A stretch of 63,587 bases of DNA, the filler included, from Octopus bimaculoides (lineage: Eukaryota), in NCBI RefSeq assembly GCF_001194135.2. It is 6 parts of 5 records of this genome, joined end to end, with 100 filler letters (N's around TTAATTAATTAA, not from the genome) between each part and the next. Parts side by side here need not be neighbours in the genome. Positions count along the whole stretch, not along the records: positions 19,848 to 28,159 come from NC_069005.1; positions 28,260 to 35,076 come from NC_068981.1; positions 35,177 to 44,660 come from NC_068988.1; 3 more parts are not named here. One strand, 5' to 3'. The position numbers were made by a program, and so were the translations under genes. Shown here piece after piece: positions 26,766 through 36,426 of this stretch. Each line of letters starts with the position of its first letter. Positions within the stretch are counted from its first letter, which is position 1. Below the pieces are notes generated by a model, which saw nothing but the letters and a program-made list of their open reading frames with translations, did no database searches and was not told the DNA's origin.

Positions 26766-27280
26766 CAGGTCAGAGTAGAACTGAGAACAATAGTGGCTAA
26801 GAGGTGATGTCACACTCCTCAAAACCCCAAGCACTTCAATACCAAGGTCCCCACTACTGGATGCATTTTAGTTTTACCCAGGACATAAGCTACCATGTAG
26901 AGGTTTTGTCAAACTCATTTGGATGGAAATTGTTGCTGTTTAAATTCATGGCATCCATGATCAGGTAGATCTATGATCAAGGGCATTCCAGTCATGACAA
27001 TCCTACCATTTCACAAGTATACCTTGGAATACATTGACTAATGTGTTTTCATTTTAAGATGATAAGGTGCACTTTGGAGGGAGGCTTGACTGCTATTTCT
27101 AGCAAGACAAATAACTGCATAGAAGCTCCTTCGTTGGCTGGAATATGATATTGGTGGAGAAGAATAGCAGTTATACAAAAGATTAAATAAATCAAACCCA
27201 AAAAATATTTTTCATTACATCCTTGTGCTCCAGCATGGCCACACAATAAAAAAAAAAAAAAGCAACTCAAAATAAGTTAC

Positions 27281-27396
27281 CGTTTTCAAAGAGTTGCTAT
27301 AGTCACTTATGATTTTCAATAACTGGTTCGTTTCTCCAAATTCTTTGTCTATATAACGATCTTCTGCACACAAGATCCTTATGGATAATCCAGGCC
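27281..27396 (-). CDS. GMPS: GMP synthase-like exon (x-PGLSIRILCAEDRYIDKEFGETNQLLKIISDYSNSLKT)
   Basis: Matches human GPGLAIRVICAEEPYICKDFPETNNILKIVADFSASVKK; acceptor ttctag (phase 1), donor GTAACT (phase 0). Most upstream GMPS exon found in the window. Confidence 0.93.
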
Positions 27397-27833
27397 CTAG
27401 AATTAAATAAAAAAATATATATAAGAAACAACAACAACAATCCTCCCTACTATAGACACAAGGCCTGAAATTTTGGGATAGTCCATTATATCGACAACAG
27501 TACTCAACTATATATACAAAGACTATACTACCAACTGGGAATTAATTTGTACTGCAAAACTATACAGACCTGGAACTAATAAATGTGACCTATTTTTAGA
27601 AGAATTTTACCAGATTTTTACAAGGGTTAGGGTTATCCAAGGGTAATGTAATAAATTCTAGACAGGAACAAGCTTTGAGATGCTTGCACATGAGGAAATT
27701 CACATTTGCCCAGTATAAATGAATAATAAACATTTAAACAACAGAATGGTTTGAAATAAGAGACTATAAGTGATTATCACGTCTAACTTTGTCCCCTCTA
27801 TGTTTAGCCCCACTGTGGGCAATTAAGAAATAA

Positions 27834-27878
<45 letters not shown>

Positions 27879-27917
27879 CATACACACACAAATATATATA
27901 TACACACAGATATATAT

Positions 27918-27952
<35 letters not shown>

Positions 27953-28203
27953 CACATACACACAAATATATATATATACACACAGATATATATACACACA
28001 TCATCGTCGTTTAACGTCCGCTTTCCATGCTAGCATGGGTTGGATGGTTTGACTGAGGACTGGTGAACCAGATGGCTACACCAGGCTCCAATCTGATTTG
28101 GCAGAGTTTCTACAGCTGGATGCCCTTCCTAATGCCAACCACTCCGAGAGTGTAGTGGGNNNNNNNNNNNNNNNNNNNNNNNNNNNNNNNNNNNNNNNNN
28201 NNN

Positions 28204-28215
28204 TTAATTAATTAA
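28204..28215. other. Assembly linker TTAATTAATTAA in an N-gap (also 19792-19803, 35121-35132, 44705-44716, 58024-58035)
   Basis: Identical 12-mer (stops in all six frames) centred in ~100-nt N runs five times; an artefact marking contig joins. Confidence 0.92.
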
Positions 28216-28514
28216 NNNNNNNNNNNNNNNNNNNNNNNNNNNNNNNNNNNNNNNNNNNNATATATATATATATATATATATATACATACATACAATGGGA
28301 TTTTTCTAGTTTCTATCTACCAAATCCGTTCCCAAGGCTTTGGTCGGCGCGAGGCTATAGTAGAAGACACTTGCCCAAGGTGCCATGCAGTGAGACTGAA
28401 CCCAGAACCATGTGGTTGGGAAGCAAGCTTCTTACCACATAGCCATGTTCAGTTTTACTAAACTTTCTGCCCCTATTTGCTGAGACAATGATGAAAGAAA
28501 TGTATTCTACTTAC

Positions 28515-28718
28515 TAGAAGTCAAAGGATAAGATATCCCAGCTGACCAACTCCCATACACATTGTTCACATTTGGTGCATATGGGTTACTACTGAAATAG
28601 TTTGGGCTGTTCATAGAGTAAGGATACATCAGATAAGGATCTCCATGATATCCTGGAGTATTGTAGTGGGATTGTTGTTGATGTTGATGTTGAGAGTTCC
28701 AGATATTATTCAAGTTAC
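28515..28718 (-). CDS. Exon of unidentified protein, Q/Y/P/N/S-rich low-complexity region (NLNNIWNSQHQHQQQSHYNTPG...SYPLTS)
   Basis: Open frame bounded by acceptor attttag and donor GTAAGT; phase 1-1; in frame with the 31060-31192 exon. Confidence 0.8.
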
Positions 28719-29714
28719 CTAAAATATGTATAAATAAAAAAAAAACATGTTATTTACAGAATACCAAAGAATAAATATCAGTTTTCATTATTTTTATAAG
28801 TTGCACAACAAATTTCAATGTTTAGTGCATACACACACACACACACACATCGTCATCATCATCGTCATCACCACCACCATTTATTGTCATCGTCATCATC
28901 ATCATAGTTGTTTTAACTTTTCCATGCTTCCATGGGTCAGACAGAATTCTTCAGGGCAGACTTTTTCTATGACTGGATGCTCTTCCTGTTACCAACCATC
29001 ACCTACTTTCTGTTTGCAAGTAAGGCAATGGGGAAATCCCCATAGCCAGGTATGACCTTCACAGATGAAAGGAAACGAAGAGCATTGCTTAGATGACAGT
29101 GATACTCATTTACAATTATCATGTGATGCTATGACAAGGGTGAACACAAACACACACATGCGCACACATGCACACACACACACACACACACGCACGCACA
29201 CACACACACACAGGGTTTCTATCATCTTCTTAATTTTACACTCACTTTCCATGTTGGGCATGGGCTAGATTGCTTGCTATGGTCTGGGTCAGCCCATTTG
29301 GGGCTGGACAGAGACAGGCCAGACATCTGCATTTTGCTTGTAAGTTTCAGTTTTGACCTGGTTTCTGTAGCTGGATGTCCTTCCTAATAGCAACCTCTTT
29401 AAATTGTGAATTGGGTGAAAGTTTTCATGACCCCACGACTAAGGGAGAAGTCATGGTGTCCTCGACAAGACTCACAGAACCTCTCAGTTTTATACCTTGA
29501 AGAATACACTGGATGGGAAAACCAAAACCAGTGCAGTTTGAACAAAGTCTCCTACTGTGATATTTGTTTTGCACTGAGATATAGACACTCCCTTGTCACT
29601 TTCTCTACCAGAGGTACAATAAACCAGTCAGGTGTTGGTGAACTGAAAACCTGTAATTAATCATGAACATAATTTTTTTACCTGTTGTGTTATAAAATAA
29701 ATACTAATATTAAG

Positions 29715-29870
29715 GTGCTGGCATGGCTGTGTGGTAAGAAGCTTGCTTCCCGACCACATGGTTCTGGGTTCAGTCCCACTACGTGGTACCTTCAGCAAGT
29801 GTCTTCTACTATAGCCTCGGGCTGACCAAAACCTTGTGAGTGGATTTGGTAGATGGAAACTGAGAGAAGC

Positions 29871-29925
<55 letters not shown>

Positions 29926-30120
29926 GTATGTGTATATGTTTGTGTGTCTGTGTTTGTCCTCCCCATCATTGTATGACAACTGATGCTGGTGTGTTTACAT
30001 CCATGTAACTTAGCAGTTCAGCAAAAGAGACCGATAGAATAAGTACTAGGCTTACAAAAACTAAGGCCTGGGGTCAACTTGTTCAAATAAAGCCGGTGCT
30101 CCAGCATGGCCATAGTCGGA
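29715..30120 (+). mobile_element. SINE family A, full copy
   Basis: Head, (TA)n and tail. Confidence 0.85.
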
Positions 30121-30159
30121 AGAAGATAATTAATGACATCATCTCCAGTACTTATTTTC

Positions 30160-30365
30160 TTTTCTACTCTAGGCACAAGGCCTGAAAGTTTTGGGGAGGG
30201 AGCCAGTTGATTAAATCAACCCCAGTATGCAACTGGTACTTAATTTATCAACCCCGAAAGGATGAAAGGCAAAGTTGACCTCAGTGGAATTTGAACTCAG
30301 AACATAAAGACAGACGAAATACTACTCAGCATTTCACCTGGCCTGCTAACGTTTCTGCCAGCTCA
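30160..30365 (-). mobile_element. SINE family B
   Basis: Family B consensus, reverse strand. Confidence 0.82.
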
Positions 30366-30659
30366 GTGCGTTACAGTACCTATTTCCTTGACACCAAAGG
30401 CCCCAGTTAAGAACCGCTGATGTAAATCCATAAAATACAGTCAAGTAAAAGCAAGTGATAGTCAGTGAATGCTGGGTAGATGAGCATTGAGGGTAGCTGC
30501 TGGGGCACATTTGTGGCACAAGCAGAATCTTTGACTGATTGCCAACTTGTGCCTCATAGATCAATCCCTGATAACTACAACAGGGTTCATGATTATGTGT
30601 ACCATGTTATTCTGGATCAGTGATGAATGAATCAAAGACAAACAAGGTTCTATATCACT

Positions 30660-31025
30660 TATCTTTTACTTGTTCCAGTCATTAAGCTGGGGCCATGCTG
30701 GGGCACAGCCTTGAGGAATTCTTAGTTGAATGAATCGATGCCTGTGCTTATTTTTTTTCTTTTTAAGCATTCTACTTGTTCTATTTTTTGCTGAATCGCC
30801 AAATTATGAGGATGTAAACACACCAACAGCAGTTGTCAAGTGGTGGTGGAGGACACGGACACATGCATACGACAGGCTTTCTTTTAGTGTTCATCTAACA
30901 AATCCACTCACAAGGCTTTGGTTGGCCTGATGCTATAGTAAAAGACACTTGCCCCACCAAGGTGCCACATTGTGAGACTGAACCCAGAACCATGCAGTTG
31001 GAAAGCAAGCTTCTTACCACACACT
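30660..31025 (-). mobile_element. SINE family A, diverged copy
   Basis: Reverse-complement tail and head. Confidence 0.75.
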
Positions 31026-31059
31026 CACTTCTCCACCTGTACATGTATAGAAAACTTAC

Positions 31060-31192
31060 CTCCGTGATCTGGTTTTACAATCTCGTTGAGCCAATTCTTA
31101 AAGTAAGTTCCAAAATTGGAGGACAAACCAATCGCTTCGAACCATTTGGTCAAAGCTATTACACACTTGCACTTGTTGAAGTCAGTTTTTAA
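31060..31192 (-). CDS. Exon of unidentified protein (LKTDFNKCKCVIALTKWFEAIGLSSNFGTYFKNWLNEIVKPDHG)
   Basis: Poly-T tract plus AG acceptor, GTAAGT donor, open frame; phase 0 to 1 bridges the 34148-34458 and 28515-28718 exons exactly. Confidence 0.82.
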
Positions 31193-31402
31193 CTAAAAAA
31201 AAAAAATTAAAAAAAAAAGATTGTATTTAGAATAAATCAAAGTCATTATTGTAATTAAGATATCCATGAATATGCTCATGATTTTAATTTCTATTATTTG
31301 CATATTTGATATATGTATATTTATAGTGCATAATTCATTTTGCATGTGCATACACACACACAAAGATACATTTAAACATATATTTGTGTGTGTGTGTGTG
31401 TG

Positions 31403-31446
<44 letters not shown>

Positions 31447-31879
31447 ATAGGTGCTTATCATTCCTGGATGGGATTAGAAGTGATTTATCTCACCTCTCCA
31501 TGACTTTCAGGTGTTTTAACACCCAGAGATTAGAGAGAGTATTCTCCACCACATCAAATGGCAGCCAACCAACAAATACACACACACACACACATGCATT
31601 CATACATGCATAAATTCATACATGTGTATGTTCACACATGCATACATACATACATACATAATATAATGAAATCTGTAGAAAGGGTAATCTTGAAGAGATA
31701 AATGAAAGGAGTTACAGTAATGTTGAGGGTATAACCACAGACAGTATGAAAGAATGCTGGTGGAAAACTTCTGTCAAGGCTTCAATAAAATGCTTGCACA
31801 ACAGACCAGACATAATGATTTGGGATAGAGAAAAGAAATTATGAGAATAGATGAAATACATACATACAAACAAGCATAC

Positions 31880-32790
31880 ATGCATGCATACATACATGAT
31901 GATGGCCGTCCACTCGTGGACGATTCTGGAGAGATGCAAACTGCACTTCAATAACAGCAGGAAGTGCAGGTTGTGCCTGACTGAGGAGAGAGCAATTTTA
32001 AAGGGTACCCAATACCTGGATATTTACCTGAATAGTAGGAGTGAGCTGTTTAATCCTTGCCCACATGAAAGGAAGTATATTCTATTGTACTTGTACACCC
32101 CACCATAACTGCAACCACAGGTCTCCAGCCTTGACCTTCCACTAATGCCTTTAAGCCTGACAAAGAGTTTGACCAAAGCATACACCAATGCACGCCTGTA
32201 CATATATGCACACCGCTATAAGGCGGACACCCTACAAAAGAGACTGTTTCCCACCACCCCCAACATATACCCCTTCACATACATTGTACCGCCACAGATA
32301 TATAGACCCCACACACACACACACACACTGCAAGCTAACATAAAACTCCCCATGACCTTAACTGATACAGAAAGAAAACAGACCAATGAACACAACTATA
32401 AATACATATACCCCTGGAAAAAACAATGCATATGACACCACTACACATATAACACACACCATCTCCACAGGAGCATGACACTTAATAATGTACACTTTCC
32501 CCACAAACTCTTCAAGATAACTCTTACTGGCCTTACAGCATACCCAACCAAGGGACATAACTCCCAACCTAATCCCCTGGCCGTTTTCTTTCCACCACCT
32601 TTTCCACAGCAGCTGCAAACCAGTTGTGTTAATCCACCTCCGACAATAGAGAGCAGTCACCGTATTCCCTTCCATATCGGCTAACTCTGATGAGCGTAAA
32701 GTTATATAATCGGATCGTTGCCTAACGCACCATTGTATTCCTTGCGTGAAACTGATTGGTATGATCAGCCATGATGGATATATAATATTG
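31880..32790 (+). mobile_element. Penelope-like element remnant (GIY-YIG endonuclease C-terminus plus 3' region)
   Basis: WTILERCKLHFNNSRKCRLCLTEERAIL...LNSRSELFNPCPHERKY matches the PLE endonuclease CxLC...NxRxE...CxH signature. Confidence 0.75.
32679..32770 (+). ncRNA. Degenerate hammerhead motif downstream of a Penelope remnant
   Basis: CTGATGA at 32687, stem II GCGTAA/TTGCGT with a long loop, GAAAC at 32748, GTA at 32759; stem I only partly paired (ggctaact/tgatcagcc). Confidence 0.4.
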
Positions 32791-33759
32791 TACATTTCAG
32801 ATAATATATATATATATATATATATGTATGTATCGATATGTATAAGAAGGTGCATGACCTAGAGGTTAGGGTGTTGCACTGACGATTGCTAGATCATGGG
32901 TTTGAGTTCTGGATCAAACAGTACATTGTGTTCCTGAGCCAAACACTTCATTTCCCATTGTTCCAGTCTACTCAGCTGTAAATGGGTCACCCTGTGATGG
33001 AAGAGTCTTCCAATCAGGGGCAACACTGGCCTGCTCACCTAGCCATCACTTGAAAGCTAAAATGATGCAAAGCGCATTGTGGCCAGTGATGTATAACATC
33101 CAATAGTCTGGTCAATCATGTGATCATGTGAGACGTGTTTGCATATATACAGAGTGCGGCAGAAGTAACGCCCTTTCTTGTTTTTAATTTTCTTTTTTAT
33201 TTCTTAAAACTTCTGCAATTTTTTTCATTAGTTTATTATTTGTTTCTTTAAGTAAAGCAATGAATTTGTGTTGAATAAAAAAATTACTTTATAAGCATTT
33301 ATATACTATACAGTTGTGTTAGAAATGTGCAGAGTTTTATATGACAGTGGATTGGTAAACTGGGTTATTTCTGGCATTGGTCAACTGTCTGTAGGTGAGT
33401 CTTGGCTAACATCAAGCACATGGAAATTCAAATGAAGAAAATCCTCCAGAAATAGTTTAATCCAACCAATCAATAAATAGTTATCAATAAAACAAGCAGA
33501 AGCATTGCTAGAAATAACTGACTAAAACCCTCAAAGGTGGTGGTATAAAAGCTTTTATGGCTGCAGCCCAGTGATTGAGAACTGTACAACACTAAAATAA
33601 TATAGAAACATTTAAGTAAAAATAATAGTTTCAATTTTGGGAAGAGAGGGGTCAGTCAGTTAGATAGACCCTCCCAGTGTTCAACTAGTTCTTATTCTAT
33701 CGATCCAGAAAAGATGAAGGACAAAGTCAACCTTGGTGGAATTTGAACTCAGAGCATAA

Positions 33760-34034
33760 CATTATTTACATTATTTACAATTGTCAGATATTTGTCCTTA
33801 TCTTGTTTGTTGTTAACACAACGTTTCGGTTGATATACCCTCCAGCCTTCATCAGGTGTCTTGGGGAAATTTCAAACCTGGTTTCTCATTCCTAAGGTAT
33901 TTTTCGATGTTATTATTATTATTATTATTATTATTCATGTCACTGCTTGGAATCGAACAGAAAATCTTGGGGTTAGTAGGCCGCGCTCTTCTTAACCACT
34001 ACACCACATGCCCGTTCTAAATATAGAACTGTAT
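33760..34034 (-). mobile_element. tRNA-headed SINE with (AAT)n spacer and hammerhead-bearing tail, inserted in another SINE
   Basis: Minus strand: head gggcatgtggtgtagtggttaag...gttcgattcc (A/B boxes), (AAT)n, tail ending in aaataatgt repeats; 10-bp TSD-like pair ca(g/a)agcataa at 33750-33759 and 34035-34044. Confidence 0.75.
33815..33860 (-). ncRNA. Minimal type I hammerhead ribozyme motif
   Basis: GACAC-CTGATGA-A-GGCTG(gagggtatat)CAACC-GAAAC-GTT-GTGTT: intact core, stem I GACAC/GTGTT, stem II with one mismatch, loopless palindromic stem III (AACGTT). Confidence 0.72.
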
Positions 34035-34147
34035 CAAAGCATAAAGACAGATGGAATGCAGTCAAGCGTTCTACCCACTGTGCTAACAATTCTGCCAGCT
34101 CAGTACCTTAAATAATAGTAAAAAGAATAAAAATAAAGAGTATTTAC

Positions 34148-34458
34148 ATTGTTTAAAAAGCCCAATAATTTCTTTTGTTCCTTGAAATGTTTTGACACCA
34201 CTACTTTCCAGGACTGACCAGCGTCTTCAACAGTCTCTTTCAAACCCTTTTTCAGGAGTGCTACCTCAGAGGTATTTGTTGCCACGACTTGCCATCCTGG
34301 CCAGTCGAAGCCTTTTACTAACCAATCACTGTTGTTCTCTCCCTTTTCTCCATCAGGAGGGTATGTTAGGTTTGCTGCTTCTTTCTTTATAGATGCTGGG
34401 ACATTAACATGGGGTGCTGGTGCTGAGTGATGGTACCAAGAATTGGAATGGTAGTAGC
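34148..34458 (-). CDS. Exon of unidentified protein (YYHSNSW...DWLVKGFDWPGWQVVATNTSEVALLKKGLKETVEDAGQSWKVVVSKHFKEQKKLLGFLNN)
   Basis: 103 open codons with protein-like composition; acceptor gcttctaacag (phase 1), donor GTAAAT (phase 0). Confidence 0.8.
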
Positions 34459-34570
34459 CTGTTAGAAGCAGAAACAAAAGACGTCAAAATATTCTAAATA
34501 ACTACTTGTACATTTGAAAGAAAAGAATATTCTAGATACACATCAGGTGACAATTTATTTTCAAATGCAT

Positions 34571-34770
34571 AAACACTGCTAGAACAGCAGAGACTGGATA
34601 AAATATCCAAACAAAATGGAAAAATTTTTCAGTGGGCAGTTCAGCTTCAATGGTAAAGCACTTAACTGGTAATCAAAGGGATGTGAGTTTGAGTCTCATG
34701 GCTGGCTGCTGACAAGTTTTTCTGCTTTGTATGGATATTTTATCCAATCTCTGCCGTTCTAGCAGCGTTT
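34571..34770. repeat. Foldback element: 69-bp inverted arms around the tRNA-like core
   Basis: 34571-34639 versus revcomp of 34702-34770: 57/69 identical, ungapped. Confidence 0.85.
34633..34706 (+). pseudogene. tRNA-Thr-like core (anticodon read as GGT) within a foldback element
   Basis: D arm GCTT/AAGC with TGGTA loop, anticodon loop CTGGTAA, T arm GTGAG-TTTGAGT-CTCAT; several mismatches, so not a functional tRNA. Confidence 0.65.
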
Positions 34771-34771
34771 C

Positions 34772-35075
34772 TCATCATCATCATCATCATCGTTTAACGT
34801 CCGCTTTCCATGCTAGCATGGGTTGGACGATTTGACTGAGGACTGGTGAAACCGGATGGCAACACCAGGCTCCAATCTAATTTGGCAGAGTTTCTACAGC
34901 TGGATGCCCTTCCTAACGCCAACCACTCAGAGAGTGTAGTGGGTGCTTTTACGTGTCACCCGCACTAAAACGGCCACGCTCGAAATGGTGTCTTTTATGT
35001 GCCACCTGCACAAGCCAGTCCAGGGGCACTGGCAACGATCTCACTCGAAAATCCTACGGGAGCCAGTCAGGCGGT
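34772..35075 (-). mobile_element. RTE-tail-related short retroelement with (GAT)n tail
   Basis: catcatcgtttaacgtccgctttccatgctagcatgggttgg...; near-identical copies at ~28000-28160(-) and ~49506-49740(+). Confidence 0.8.
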
Positions 35076-35303
35076 ANNNNNNNNNNNNNNNNNNNNNNNN
35101 NNNNNNNNNNNNNNNNNNNNTTAATTAATTAANNNNNNNNNNNNNNNNNNNNNNNNNNNNNNNNNNNNNNNNNNNNTCTAACTGTTGGTGCAAGCAATTC
35201 TCCAGTGTTGGTCGTGGACATGTTGGTGGTAGTGGTGGTGGTGGTGGTCATCGTCGTCGTCGTCGTCGTAGTAGTAGTAGTCGTCGTCGTCGTCGTCGTC
35301 GTC

Positions 35304-35354
<51 letters not shown>

Positions 35355-36385
35355 CCGTATGAAAGTCAATATTAGTTGTTGTTACAAGTGTGACTAATGT
35401 ATTCAACGTGCATGCATCTGGGTAAGCTCTCTTAGCAAGATACCTTGTTGTTCTTGTTGTTACTGTTTCAGTTGCTATTGTTGTTGTTGCTGTTTCTGCT
35501 AATGTTACTAAGTCAGAGGAGAAAGAACAATGATCAGGACCATTTCAAGTCCTCCGAGATTAGTGGGAAGAAGTTAATCTCAGACCAGATCCAAAAGCCT
35601 GCAATAGAAACTATGTCATTAAAGGCATCCAATGGTCAGATAATATTGGTAAACTGGACAACGTATCGAGTCCCAATCTCAGGAGTGGGCCCTCAGATAA
35701 CTCAGTGGCTGTGGTAAAAAGCACATATCCAAAGAGTTTACATATTAACTTTGGGACGCTCCTCAAACGCATTAAATCCAATGTAGATCATATTCATATA
35801 TAACATCAGCTGCAAGTTAAACACACACATGCACGTTTTATGGAAAGTGAATGTGCCCAGAATTAGAATTATTGAACTAAATTACTGAGGATGGCAAGTT
35901 ACATTTTGAGACCTGCTAAATATATACAAGTGTATTCTATTTATTTTTAATGGAAACAGTATTTTCAAAATGTAAATTGTGATATTTTGGTCACAACACC
36001 GTAGAATTGATTATGGACGGCAAATTTCACATGATATAGGTATTCAGTTGTTGAATCAATTTCTAACATGGTATAATGAAGCAACAAAGATGAAAATTAG
36101 GTTGACATTACACCTAATGTTTGAAAGAAGCCCATTCTATGTATATATACATAAGTGTGAATATTTATGTTTGTGTTTGTACCCCCTGACAACCACTTGA
36201 CAACCGGTGTTGGTGTGTTTACGTCCCCGTAAGGTAGCGCTTCGGCAATAGATACCGATAGAATAAGTACGAGTATTTTTTAAAAATCAGTCCTGGAGGT
36301 CAATTCATTCGACTAAAACCCTTCAAGGTGATGTTCCACCATAGCTGCTGTCAAATGACTGAAACAAGCAAAAGATAAAAGAATA

Positions 36386-36426
<41 letters not shown>

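Noticed and set aside
29530-29651. Possible minus-strand exon VFSSPTPDWFIVPLVEKVTRECLYLSAKQISQ*
   Set aside because: Good acceptor but an in-frame stop and no compatible donor; the 31060-31192 exon already bridges the phases.
35620-35715. Possible minus-strand exon TELSEGPLLRLGLDTLSSLPILSDHWMPLMT*
   Set aside because: Acceptor-like site only; ends in a stop; no homology recognised.
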